Assembly (NCBI GenBank): GCA_030390025.1 | Contig: CM059432.1 | Span: forward strand, 60,018,001-60,082,000 | From: Squalus acanthias | Lineage: Eukaryota | DNA: 64,000 nucleotides | Reading direction: 5' to 3' | Shown: piece after piece, positions 1 through 11,523 of the stretch | Position numbering within the stretch: position 1 is the stretch's first letter | Layout: every line of letters begins with the position of its first letter | The notes under the pieces: generated by a model | The model's input: only the letters and a program-made list of their open reading frames with translations | Database searches by the model: none | What the model was told of the DNA's origin: nothing | Program-made: the position numbers and the translations under genes

Positions 1-245
1 AGTGCATTCTGCCGTTTCTTGATATCACGTGGAGTGAATCGAATTGGCTGAAGACTGGCTTCTGTGATGGTTGGGACCTCAGGAGGAGGCCGATATGTAT
101 CATCCACTCAGCACTTCTGGCTGAAGATGGTTGCAAATGCTTCAGCCTTGTCTTTTGCACTCGCGTGCTGGGCTCCGCCATCATTGAGGATGGTGCCTCC
201 TCCTCTCGTTAGTTGTTTCATTGTCCACCACCATTCACGACTGGG
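1..245 (-). mobile_element. Fragment of a non-LTR retrotransposon (LINE family B, distinct from the CR1 copies)
   Basis: Minus-strand peptide SREWWWTMKQLTRGGG...ASAKDKAEAFATIFSQKC resembles the EN-RT linker (EKAEAFA.F motif) of CR1/L2/Jockey-group ORF2. Confidence 0.65.
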
Positions 246-364
246 AGAGAGTGAGGCTAGGAATATTGATAGCTGAAGAAAGACAAACGTTGGAGCCACT
301 GAATATGAGGGATGAGTGCTGCTGGTTACACTTGTGACAGAAGAGTTGAAAGAATAGAGATTTT

Positions 365-860
365 GGCCCTAAAGGTCCACAGGTGCTCCACTGTACGATC
401 TCCATCGCTTCAGCGGGAGTATGCGGGGAAACCCCGGAAACTGCCCTGGGACCCGGCTATCTCAGGTCCTGGCCTTGCATCAAAGTTTCCTGAATGTCCT
501 GTTGGGGTGAAGTTCCCATGCCCTGAGCTTTCACTGGTTAGCAGAGATCTGCTTGGTTAGACAAGGAATACCTCGCTGATCGGGGCAAAAATGGAGCTCA
601 CTGAGGGTTCGAGCTGGGAAGAGGAAGCATTTGAAAAAAATAATTTTCAAATATGGTCCCCATACCAAGCGGTCCGCTGGGGACAACATGTTGTTTCTGG
701 GGGTGGGGGCTTAACCCTCTCAGCCTGGGCACCTATTCTGGACTTTTGGGCTTGTTTTACATGCCGGGCTAATTAGGATACTCCGTCCAGCCACAAAAAG
801 TTGTCCCGGGTCAGAGGTGGGAATTCCCATCAGGCCCACTGACTTGTGATTTTCAAGGCC
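365..860. mobile_element. Old Harbinger-type MITE
   Basis: GC-rich island bounded by imperfect TIRs (GGCCCTAAAG / TTTTCAAGGCC) with TTT on both flanks. Confidence 0.45.
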
Positions 861-1296
861 TTTCATTTTTCTTATCACAAAATGGGGAAATTTATATTGG
901 TTAGATTTAACAAATTAACACCCCTGTTGGAGAACTTCACATGATTGGGAGCACATATTGAGGATTAAGGTGCAGAGTTTGTTGACGCCATACAATTTTC
1001 CATCCATTAAAACCGAATGGATGATAAATCATGCAGGTTGTCCTAAACCCAATGACCAAATTCCCAATGTGCACTCCCATCACCTGAAGATCTACATCAG
1101 GAATGTTCATTGGTATAATATATCCTCTATAATTTATTAAAAAGAAAACGCTAGTAGCAGTCAGCAGTCTGGCTTTTCACACTCTTCGGGGTAGAAACAC
1201 TTGATCCTAAATCAATCGATTTATTTAACTCTCTTTGAAAGGTCCTCAGCAGTGGAACATTTAATATCTTGTCACAGCTAACAATTTGTCTGTAGA

Positions 1297-1402
1297 AATA
1301 TAAAAAGAAAATGCTGGAAACACTCAGCAGGCCAGGCAGCATCTGTGGAGAGATACATTTCCTGTTTCTATTTCAGATTTCTAGCATCCGAGTATTTTGC
1401 CT
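1297..1402. mobile_element. Penelope-like pseudo-LTR fragments in inverted arrangement
   Basis: AAATGCTGGAAACACTCAGCAGG..GGCAGCATCTGTGGAGAGA followed by the opposite-strand TATTTCAGATTTCTAGCATC; same sequence as the terminus of the GIY-YIG element at 27461-28552. Confidence 0.75.
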
Positions 1403-3758
1403 TTGGACTTTGTCTGTAGAGTTGCTTCCCAGTACTCGTTATTTGTGCTTAATGCAAGAATCAGGTCTGTATGAACCAAAATGTGATCTTAAGCATGAAT
1501 TAGAAATAGTACAGGCTGCCCACCGTACCCACCTGATCGTTTTGGTAGATGTAAAAACACCATTCCCACAGACTTTGTGAGATAGTGTAAAACGAGTGAT
1601 AGCAAGTCGGCAGGTAGGTTTTACGAATTTGCACACTGATGTGGAGCTTTGTGTGCTGGCATGTGTATGAAAAATTCAGTCATGGAGATCAGCACACCCT
1701 GCAGGGTTTTTCCATTCATTCATTTTAAGCTCATTGCTAGAAGCGCAATCTCATAAAATATACACTTTGTTGGGTGAAAAACATACTTTAAAGAGATTAA
1801 GAGGATTATCTTTTGATTTTGCACTCCCAGAGGGAGCCGTGCCTGCCAAGAACATGCATCACAAATTAATGCCGTGCATGATTTTCAACTATATAAATTA
1901 ATTGTCCGAAAATCGTGCTCCGCGCTCACCTGGATTTCCGACTATCTAGAATGAGCACAAACGGCATCACAAACAGAACCACAAAGCACTATTATAGTAT
2001 TGTCAAAGGAATTGCTGCACCTGCGCCAAAACATCCCATTGTATTACCACCTCACTAGCACTCACTTAGCACAGAGGGACCTGCATTACCCAATGAACAA
2101 AGGTGAATTGGTGAACTGGTGAGGTACTGCGGGCCTCAAATAAATGAGCTGGAGCTGAGTACAGAAGTTAGTGGCCACATCTACTATCCAAAAAGTGTTG
2201 GACTATGAACAGGATGCATTAAATTCTCTGGTCAGTTACAACATTCCAGAGATTTAATAGCAGAGGACACTGAAGGAAAGGCATCATCCTCTGAGATTCA
2301 TGGAATTCTAAACTACCAATTGGTCTCAATTCAGTCCACTATGGAGGGAATATCGAGCCCAAAATTTTCATAGCTTAAGAGAATTAAGGATTACATACAT
2401 ATTTCAGGGTGCCAGCAGGTTAAACAATTGGTGATATATCATGTGCTCAACACGTGGCTGATGACAGTGCTGTAGATTTTGCCTCAAAGCATGTTGAATC
2501 TGGTCATTACTATTTCATGGAATGTGAGCCTCAATGCCTCAATATCATCAGTGGGACCATTTGTGAGAGATACTCCAACTATGCTGCCCAGCTGTGCGCC
2601 TGCAGGTACCAGTGATGATGGCTGCTGTTTAATGGCATACTGCAGAGCAAGCAATCCTATCTGCAAAGTGGTGCTGGTAAATTTTACAATACTGCCCAGA
2701 CTAGCTTCCATCATGCTTTGTGAGGAAACAGGGGACTGGTTCATTTGCTCATGCTCATACAGTATCCTCTGTTTTGTAGTAGATCTGTGAGCCGACCCTA
2801 TGACCATGTCAAGCTTTCCAACAGCAGCAGCAGCAGCCAATCCTTATACAGCCACCAGTTCTGCCTCTTCCTCCTTTAAATTGGAGTAAGTATCAAAGTG
2901 CTTCTCTCTGAGTTGGTGAGGCTTGCTATCCTAAACATTTGGTTTGCTGCTGTATGGGAGTTAAGCATATCTGTGGAAAGAAAAGATGATGATTGCAGAT
3001 TAGGCATGTCGTTGGTATGCAGACATATCGGGGTAGAAATTGGTGTGCTTTGCACCCATTTTTTGGGTGTAAAATGGGCACAAAGCACATAGAATCATAG
3101 AATGGTTACAGCACAGAAGTAGGCCATTCAACCCGTCAAGCCTGTGCTTCAGCTAATCCCATTCCCCCGCCCTTTCCCCGTAGTCCTGCAATTCTTTTCC
3201 CTTCAGGTACTTATCCAATTCCCTTTTGAAAGCCACGATTGAGTCTGCCTCCACCACCCTTTCAGGCAGTGCATTCCAGATCCTAACTACTCGCTGCGTA
3301 AAAAAGTTTTTCCTCATGTCGCCTTTGTTTCTTTTGCCAATCACCTTAAATCTGTGTCCTCTGGTTTGCGACCCTTCCGCCAATGGGAACAGTTTCTCTC
3401 TACCTACTCTGTCTAGACCCATCATGATTTTGAATACCTCTATCAGATCTCCTCTCAGCCTTCTCTGCTCCATGGAGAACAACCCTAGCTTCCCTAGTCT
3501 ATCCACGTAACTGAAGTCCCCCATCCCTGGAACCATTCTCGTAAATCTTTTCTGCACCCTCTCTAAGGCCTTCACATCCTTCCTAAAGTGCGGTGCCCAG
3601 AATTGGACACAATACTCCAGTTGAGGCCGAACAAGTGTTTTAAAAAGGTTCATCATAACCTTCTTGCTTTTGTACTCAATGCCTCTATTTATGAAATAAA
3701 AACAGAAAATGCTGGAGATACTCAGCAGGTCAGGCAGCATCTGTGAAGAGAGAAACAG

Positions 3759-3795
3759 AGTTAACGTTTCAGGTCGATGACCTTTCGTCAGAACT
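3759..3795 (-). ncRNA. Minimal type I hammerhead ribozyme motif in a Penelope pseudo-LTR
   Basis: Minus strand reads AGTT-CTGACGA-A-AGGTC-ATC-GACCT-GAAAC-GTT-AACT: intact CUGANGA and GAAA core, 5-bp stem II, stem I AGTT/AACT, palindromic ACGT in place of stem III. Confidence 0.75.
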
Positions 3796-3920
3796 GGAAA
3801 AAAGCAGGAAATGGAACAGATTTTTAAGCAAGTGTAGGGGCTGGGAAAGGGGGGAGGGGATGAAAGAACAAAAGGGAAGGTCTGTGATAGGATAGCAGGC
3901 AGGAGAGGTTAAGAGACATT

Positions 3921-4685
3921 GGCCCAAAAATTCGGCCGAATACGGGAGAGTACCCGCTGCGTACTCACCCGTATTCGTTCCCGAAGTGCCGGTTTCCTGC
4001 ATGCACTGCGCATGCGTGGGAAACCGGCACTTCCGGTATGGCGAAGGGGACGGTTCCTAGGTGAACCGCGTGCGCACTAGAGGCTGCGCGCACACAGCAC
4101 ACTTAGGTTTTTTTTTAGGTTTCAACGCGAGGGTAAGTATTGAAGATTCTACACAAGTAAAAAGGAGGCGTAAGACCCCTTTTGAACAAGGTAAGTAGTT
4201 AATTAAGTATAATTTTAAATTTTTTTCAACAGGTTTATCTTTTTTAGAGACTTTAAAGAAAGGTAAGTTTATTTTTATAACTTTTAAAAAGAATGTAGAT
4301 TTTTTCAAAAATTTTTATTTTTGTTTAAAGTGGTTCATTTATTTAACTATAGTTATTTTATTAATGTGATGGTTTTTAAAACAAAATTATTTGAGGTTTA
4401 GCTGTTCTTTTGGAGCCGATTTCAATTCACAGATTTGACAGGTCTCCTGTCAAATCTATGAATGAAAGATGGTCTGCTGCCATTGGCTCTCCATGGCACA
4501 CGTGATCCCAGAGGTCGCATCGCACTAACTGAGCCCCTGGGACATGCAAGCACTGTGCGCCGGCACTAGGGAGAGGCCCAGGACCTGAAGTTCTTGTGGG
4601 CCTGAAACACAACGGCAGGCACGGTAGGTAAGAGCGCGCGCGATCCTTACCCCCGCGGCAAGCTGGCCACCCGAATTTCTAGGCC
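3921..4685. mobile_element. Harbinger-type MITE (family shared with 59596-60351)
   Basis: TIRs GGCCCAAAAATTCGG / CCGAATTTCTAGGCC; colinear similarity to 59596-60351 over its whole length. Confidence 0.9.
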
Positions 4686-4943
4686 AATAAGAGATATTCA
4701 AGGCAAAAGGAGATGGTAATGGGATGGCTCTAGATGAAGTGTAAATTGCACTGGCAGAATGAAGCTCTATTTATGAAGCCCAGGATCCCATAAGCTTTTT
4801 TAACCGCTTTCTCAACCTGTCCTGCCACATTCAACGATTTGTGCACATATACCCCCAGGTCTCTCTGTTCATGCACCCCCTTTAGGATTGTACCCTTTAG
4901 TTTATATTGCCTCTCCTCATTCTTCCTACCAAAATGTATCACT

Positions 4944-5450
4944 GCTAATATCAATTTAGCAGTGGGACGGCCTGTGCCCAATCTGCACAGGCATTGGTCC
5001 CATTGCTAAATTTGTAAGGATAATTTTTAGGCGTCCCAGACAGATACCTAAAACAGACATTAATCCCCTTAAATATGCTAATGATGGGCCTAATGCCTGT
5101 TCAAGGAACCCTCTACAAAATTTGTTCCATATGAGGGGCAGAATTTTTCAGCGGCCACCGTGGCTGCCAACTAAAGGTAAGTTTAAAAACCTCTCTGTGG
5201 AGCCAGGAGGAACAGGAGTGCTTTCCCTGGCTCCACAGTACTGGCGATTGCACCCCCCCCCCCACCCATTGCCCGATCCAAACCCCCCTCCCAGAACCTA
5301 CCTGAAATTAATTTTTCTCAAGGGGCAAGCTGCCTGTGGAGGCACCGACAGCTCACCCTGAAGATGAGGGTGAAGTCTGAGGCCCAATTTCGGGACGGCC
5401 TTGAGCCTCTCTGTTCGGGCGCACACTGCCTGAAAACAGGCCCCATCAGA
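4944..5450. mobile_element. MITE-like element body, probably continuing the TIR-like end at 3030-3088
   Basis: GGGGTAGAAATTGG terminus at about 3030 is cut by the CR1 tail, and GC-rich sequence resumes where the CR1 ends; right TIR not found. Confidence 0.45.
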
Positions 5451-6189
5451 TTATTTTTCATGACTCAGAACAATCATTGCTTTAGACGTGATGAAACACA
5501 TAGTCAGTGGTATGGTTAAACTATACAATGGAAAATGAACCAACAGGCATATGCTTATATCCTTTACCTTATCTATTACAAGCCCTCTATGGACTCACAA
5601 GATCGCCATTATTGTCTCCTCAAAACTGGTAAGAGATTTCTAGTATTTTATGTCACTACCTGTTCTGAGGTATTCTTTCCTGTTGAATGCCACCTTCTTC
5701 TGTAAGAATAACAATATGCATTAAATGAGTGGTACTACATTAGTAATTACTGCTACCAATAACAGTGCACAAGTGTTTAATGAGTTTGCGTGACATTCTT
5801 GTCAGCTATATTATAAGAGGTGTTATCCCATTGCACCAACAGAATTTTCTAGCCTATAATGTGGTTAGCAGTTTAAACTACAGCACATTGTTTATAGCCT
5901 TATGCATGGTTTAATTCAATTGGAAGTATCTGGGCACCTGAAGTTATAATAGCTGACCGAGTACATTGGCATTGTCAGCAGCATGTGTGCATTGTGGTAG
6001 CAGGCTCTCAATAATTTTTTTCATGGCTTCCAGAATTAAATAGCAGATAAGGGACAGAATTCATCCAGCTTAGTGTTAGCTTTACAGCCTCAAAATCAGA
6101 CTGGTGTACCTCCATTATCACAGTTCAGTTTTGCTAACCCATTTACTGTATTTGTAGGACTATTAATACCTTTCATATTCTCAGACTCC

Positions 6190-6828
6190 ATGGCACTGAA
6201 ATCCATGGGCTTGGACAGGGGAGAAAAGAAAACTTCTGCCTGGGGGCACCAGTGCAAATGCAGAGGAGCAGAACCCCCACCCGTCCATACCCAAAGGCCG
6301 AGACCCTGTCCCAAATTGTGTGGACAGGGTCATTTGTATGGTCGGAGCGCTTCAGCACCAGAAGAATTGGGGGTGCCATTAAATTGACAAATGTGGCCTG
6401 AAGACTGGAAGAAATGTCCCAGTGAAGGCCTTGGCCAAAACTGGGGCTTTCAGCAGGGAAATACTGGGGGTAAAATGGAGGGAGAGGCAGCCTTCCATGG
6501 AGGCATCACTTCCTGGGGCCTACCAGCACCTTTCCCATGGTGGTCCCGGGAAGAGGCAGTAACATAGGCAGATCGAAGAGAAATAAGCTGTCCCTGCCTC
6601 CATTTCCATGTGATGGGGAAGGAGCAGTAAGCAACAGTTATGGTTGAGTTGGGGGAAGTGAAATTCCACAGTGCAGCCTGTGGCGGAGCAGTGAATGACT
6701 GACTGCAACTTCAGGATTTCTGCGTTTAGCAGCGCATGCGCTAAATCCTGAAGTTACGGTCAGTTTTAGAGGGATAATGATGGCGAATGCTGAGAGTTCG
6801 CTATGATTAGATCTGCAAAATCCAGGCC
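6190..6828. mobile_element. MITE-like element
   Basis: GC-rich island ending in the Harbinger-type TIR AAAATCCAGGCC followed by ATT; left end uncertain. Confidence 0.45.
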
Positions 6829-7879
6829 ATTGTGTTTGATTTGGCAGGATCACCAGAGTTACAGTCAATGTTTGCCCAGAATCATAACACAAGTCTATAC
6901 CTACAACAGATGTTCTCTGTCATCCACAAGGTCCAAAGTGTTTAGAAAATTTCATATTGACTGTAATTTCAGGATTTAGCACATAAAAAAAGTAATAAAT
7001 AAAAGCTGTTTTTCAATGGTTCCTGGCGTGAATTACCAAATATCAAGAGAAAAGTTGTCCACCATACAAGTGTGCCACCAGGCTATGAAAACACTATGGT
7101 TGAGATTAACATTCTCCTATCTTGAAGAAATATAATAGTCTGCTAATCTCTCTTTGGGGTGATGATATTATCACAAAAGTAGCCCATGTTCTTTCAGTGA
7201 TACTTACCAGAAAGATATTCAGATAGATCTTCCATAACCTTGTATTATCATTAACAAACTTCAGAGAAACTGTTTCATTTAAGGATTGAGATTCCCCAAT
7301 CCCTTCAAATATTCCTAGTTTATCTCCTTAAACCTGTAACACTATGGAGCTACGCTGTGCAGAATCAGCCATACTGGCTCAAAACACAGCAAGAAATAGA
7401 TCCCTTATTTAACCTGGAATCAAAATCTTATTCAATAAAGTATGAAAGGGATGGGAATGTAAGAAAAGCAAACTGAAGTGGCCCGCTCTGTAATCCCATT
7501 TTAAAATAAGTTCTATTAAAAAAATACAAAATGAACTCCACTGTACTCAGACTCTCTCAGAAGACCTCTTCAATCAGGTGCAATTTCCATCAGCAAGACA
7601 ATAGATTGAGCCCTGTGCAGATGTGATTATCTGCATTAGTTCTCAAATCTCAGCTCAAAAGCTGCTTACTAGGTCTTGAAGCAGAATCTGACTTACGTTG
7701 TCTCTCAATGTCTGAGCTATTCACATGTTCTTTGTTTCTCTGATGTCTTTCATTTCTTCAATACTTCTTTCTATTTTCTGATGTAAAAATGTCCCAGGTG
7801 TGTATCAAGCTCCTGTTTATCTTTTAAGCAGGTTACAGGTCCTTCCACCGATACTTTTACCTCTGCGTTTGTTTGCTAG

Positions 7880-8082
7880 TATTTCCCCACTCCACTTCCT
7901 TTTTCTGATTCTATTAAATTGCTTATTCCACTTTCATTTTTTAGTTCTGACGAAGTGTCCAGCCCAAAATGTTGACCTGTCTGTTCTCTCCACCTATGTT
8001 GCCTGATCCGCTGAGCGTTTTATTTTAGCATTTTCTGTTTTTGTTTCAGATTTCCACCATCTGCAGTATTTTGCTCTTTATT
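7880..8082 (+). mobile_element. Old Penelope-like pseudo-LTR fragment
   Basis: AGTTCTGACGAAG...AATGTTGAC...TTTCAGATTTCCACCATCTGCAGTATTTTGC, a diverged match to the other pseudo-LTR copies. Confidence 0.75.
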
Positions 8083-8832
8083 GGAATCTGATTAATGGTG
8101 TTTTTAAATTGTTCTCCTTTTAATTCAGATCTAGAAGCCCAGCATCCATGAGGCAGCTCCTGGTATATATGCTGTTAAACTGTTTTTGTAGCCTGGTGGC
8201 AGACTCATAAAGCAGGCTGCTGAATCCAAATGAAAAGCAGTAGAAATGCATTTTAAGGCAGCTTGCTGGAGGACCAAAAAAATTTAAACCAGAACATTTT
8301 CTCATATTAGAATTGGAAAGCCCGAGGGAAGTATGAGAATCTCCTTCAATCCAAATTAAAACAGTTGTATACTGGATCTCTGAGGCCAGGAATGTATGAT
8401 ATCATCTGACCCATCAGGACTCACCATCGTAACAGTCTTCACCTCTCTAACACAACAAGAAGTGAGTAACTGAGGTCATCAAATACAGTCCCTACCTTTA
8501 TAATTCATTGGCCTAGAAATTGGATATGGCCATGAAACGGGCAGTGTTAAGGCCTAATGATGTTAAGCTGTGCCACCTCAAAATGGTCTAGGTAGCATGC
8601 AAAATTCATGCTCAGTCCCCATTAACATGATTATAGTCTTGATTTTAACGCTAAAATTTCTGCTCATTGGCTTAACGCTCAACAGGTGGGCCAATATCGG
8701 GTCCAATCTAATTCCCAGTCATGTGTGGCACAGGCTTTATTCAGTACTTAAAGGGGAGGTGCATTGATGCTACAGCACCTCATTGACAACCCACTTAGAA
8801 CTGTAGCTACAAGAAGAAGGTAGTGCAAAGAC

Positions 8833-9392
8833 ATGGCGGCGCGTCAGCAAAGGGACAAAGCCCGCAGATTTTCTGACACGGGTCTTGAGGCACTAGTTGT
8901 GGCCGTGGAGAGGAGGTGGGCTGTCCTCTTCCCATACACTGGAAGGAAGCTAACACCACACACCTCGCGAAGGCTCTGGCAGGAGATAGCCGCCCATGTC
9001 ACGACCAGCACTGTGGTGCCAAGGTCGGCCATCCAGTGCCGAAAGAAGTTTAATGATCTCACACAGCAGGCTTCAGAAAATGCCATATCCCATCATCTGC
9101 ACCACAAGCCTCACACACTGCTCAAAGCACCACACCCCCAGCACTCACCTACCAACAGTCTCTACCTATCACCACTCACACCTCACAATCAGAGCCTCAC
9201 TTCATCCTCACAACCTTACCACTGCTGCAACACTCACACCCACATCTCACACCTTACACACAATGACAGCTATTCAACCATGGCAGGCACTTCACCCAAA
9301 CACATTGCACCACACTCACTCACACACTTCTCTTTCTCTTGCAGGCCAAGGTCACACATAATCGGAGGGAGCAGCAACAGACAGGTGGTGGT

Positions 9393-9426
<34 letters not shown>

Positions 9427-10420
9427 CGGGCAGGCTGACACCCATGACCTCAGCCAGCTGGAGGAGAGAGTGCTGGACACAATTGGGCGGCAGATCATAG
9501 AGGCCGTGGCAACTGGCGAGCTGGAACGTCTTGGGGACAAGAACGGTATGGTCATTCCTAATCCTTCTTCTCACATCAAGTTCGTGTGCGAGTTCTGCTG
9601 CACAGGACTCAGATGAGGACCTTGATGGGGCGGCTTTCAGAAGAAGGGTGATAGACATGCACACCGAATTGCTAGGTGCAATGGCAAGCCTGCCAGAGAG
9701 CCTCTTAGCCATGTCAAGGAGCGTGGAGGAGTCCACCTCCAACATTCCACGGGGCTCTGCGCAGAGCTTGGAGCCCAGGATTTCCAGGCTGGAAATGATG
9801 GCAGACTCCCGAAGAGACTATGTCGACCCAGGCATGATGCTGCATGTGATGGGCAATGTCGCGCTGCCATTGCAGCACAGGCAGAAGCGACCCACCGTCT
9901 TAGTGCTGCAGCGGAAGCTCAGACTGCTCTCATGCAGTCTCAGCTTGATGCGGCCCAAGCTCAGACTGTTGCCATCATGGCTAGTTTATCACTGTCGACC
10001 AGGGCTTGTAGGTGTCGCAGCAGCCCAGCAATCTGAGCTCCAACAGATTGCTAGAAATGCTGAGGCACCACCCTGGCAGAGTGGCAGTTGGTCAGTGGAG
10101 CAGGACCCTGCTGTCCTCTTTCAAGATGACAGCATTCCTGTTCCCACCACTGCTACTCCACCATTGCCCTTGTCGCTGCCTGTCATCTAGCCAGCCTAGA
10201 CTGCTGCCGCCCATGCCAAGGTGGTGCAGTCTACAGCCGGGCCTTCTAGGGCCAGAGCTGCTCGAGGTCATCCTGCAAGCCATCTGAAGTCTCCCCCATG
10301 GAAATTCAGCAGCCTTTCACCAGCCATGCTGCAGCCATTGGGGGAGCTCTTCGCCGGAGCACGAGATCAGGAAAGGGCACACGAACGACAGGCACAAAGG
10401 GATTGCACAAGGGTGATTAG
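8833..10420 (+). pseudogene. Harbinger Myb/SANT-like DNA-binding protein gene (spliced, disrupted)
   Basis: Exon 1 RRFSDTGLEALV...LWQEIAAHV...RSAIQCRKKFNDL is a Myb/SANT-like trihelix; acceptor CTCTTGCAG at 9344 precedes AKVTHNRREQQQTGGG; donor at 9546; last exon ends HKGD-stop. Intron-1 donor and exon-3 start are deleted, and there are frameshifts. Confidence 0.85.
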
Positions 10421-10597
10421 TTCATATTGTTAGTGTAAATATGTGTGAATTGAATTTTGATAAATTTATTAACTTTGTTTGGAATCTTTTGTGGTGTCTC
10501 TCATTTCAGCTTTGTGCCCAGGGGGACGCTGTAATATTCCGTGACAGAGGGATGGAATGATGGGGATGTGGTGAGCAACGGGGATCTGGAGTTTCAT

Positions 10598-11140
10598 TCA
10601 TTGGAATCGGAGTCTGATGAGGCGTTCACGGACAGTCTGTCTGGAAGAGGGATTGGCTGCTGGCAAGGGCTGCACCCTCATAATGGCTAAGTTGTGGAGC
10701 ATGCAGGAGACCACCACGAAATGGGACACCCGCTCTGGCATGTACTGGAGGGCTCCTCCCGAGCGGTCAAGGCAGTGGAACCATTGCTTCAGTAGCCCAA
10801 TGGTCTGCTCGATGATGTTCCTGGTGGAAGCATGGTTCTCATTATATGAGTGCTGGGGTTGCAGAGGGGAGTCATGAGCCAGGTGGAGAGCGGATAGCCC
10901 TTGTCTCTGAGCAGCTACCCTCGGATTTGCTGTGCTGGCTGGAAGACTGCTGGCACACCGGACTGATGCAGGATGAAGGCATCATGGCTGCTGCCAGGAT
11001 AACGGGCATTGACCATCAGGAAGCGCTGGGTGTGGTCGCACACCAACTGCACATTAAGTGAGTGGTAGCCTTTGCGGTTACGGAAGATCTCAGGATTGGT
11101 ATACGGCGCCCGCAAAGCAGCGTGGGTGCAGTCATCAATG
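10598..11140 (-). pseudogene. HARBI1-like DDE transposase, C-terminal half
   Basis: DCTHAALRAP...FRNRKGYHSLNVQLVCD...ARYPGSSHDAFIL, then DKGYP, NIIEQTIGLLKQWF and CMLHNLAI; stop and frameshifts present. Confidence 0.92.
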
Positions 11141-11523
11141 AAGAAGTTCATCAGGGCAGTGTTCCAGGCCCATCTATCTTCAGCTGCTTCATCAATGACC
11201 TTCCCTACATCATAATGTCAGTGGTGGGGATGTTCACTGATGATTGCACAGTGTTCAGTTCCATTCGCAACTCCTCAGATAATGAAGCAGTCCATGCCCG
11301 CATGCAACAAGACCTGGACGATATTCAGGCTTGGGCTGATAAGTGGCAGGAAACATTCGCGCCACACAAGTGCCAGACAATGTCTATCTCCAACAAGCAA
11401 GAGTCTGACCACCGCCCCTTGACATTCAACGGCATTGCCATCGGTGAAACCACCAACATCAACACCCTGGGGGGTCACCATTGACCAGAAACTTAACTGG
11501 AGCACCCACATAAATACTGTGGC

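Larger units (their letters stand above)
3696..4764 (-). mobile_element. Penelope-like pseudo-LTR insertion with 13-bp TSD
   Basis: CTCTATTTATGAA is duplicated at 3683-3695 and 4765-4777; the insert matches 27490-27810. Confidence 0.9.
3089..4943 (-). mobile_element. 5'-truncated CR1 LINE (ORF2 C-terminus and 3' tail), interrupted by a Penelope insertion
   Basis: ORFs 3153-3740 (LVRPQLEYCVQFWAP...RRLRGDLIEVFKI) and 4730-4981 (VIHFGRKN...QRDLGV); ATAGAATC tail repeat at 3089. Confidence 0.95.

Noticed and set aside
7697..7777. Minus-strand exon candidate (KIERSIEEMKDIRETKNM)
   Set aside because: Splice signals look good, but all three frames contain stops, so it is not supportable as a coding exon.
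9070..9344. His/Thr-rich extension of ORF 8833-9438 as real protein
   Set aside because: It corresponds to the CA-rich intron 1 seen in copies 2 and 3; read-through results from loss of the donor site.
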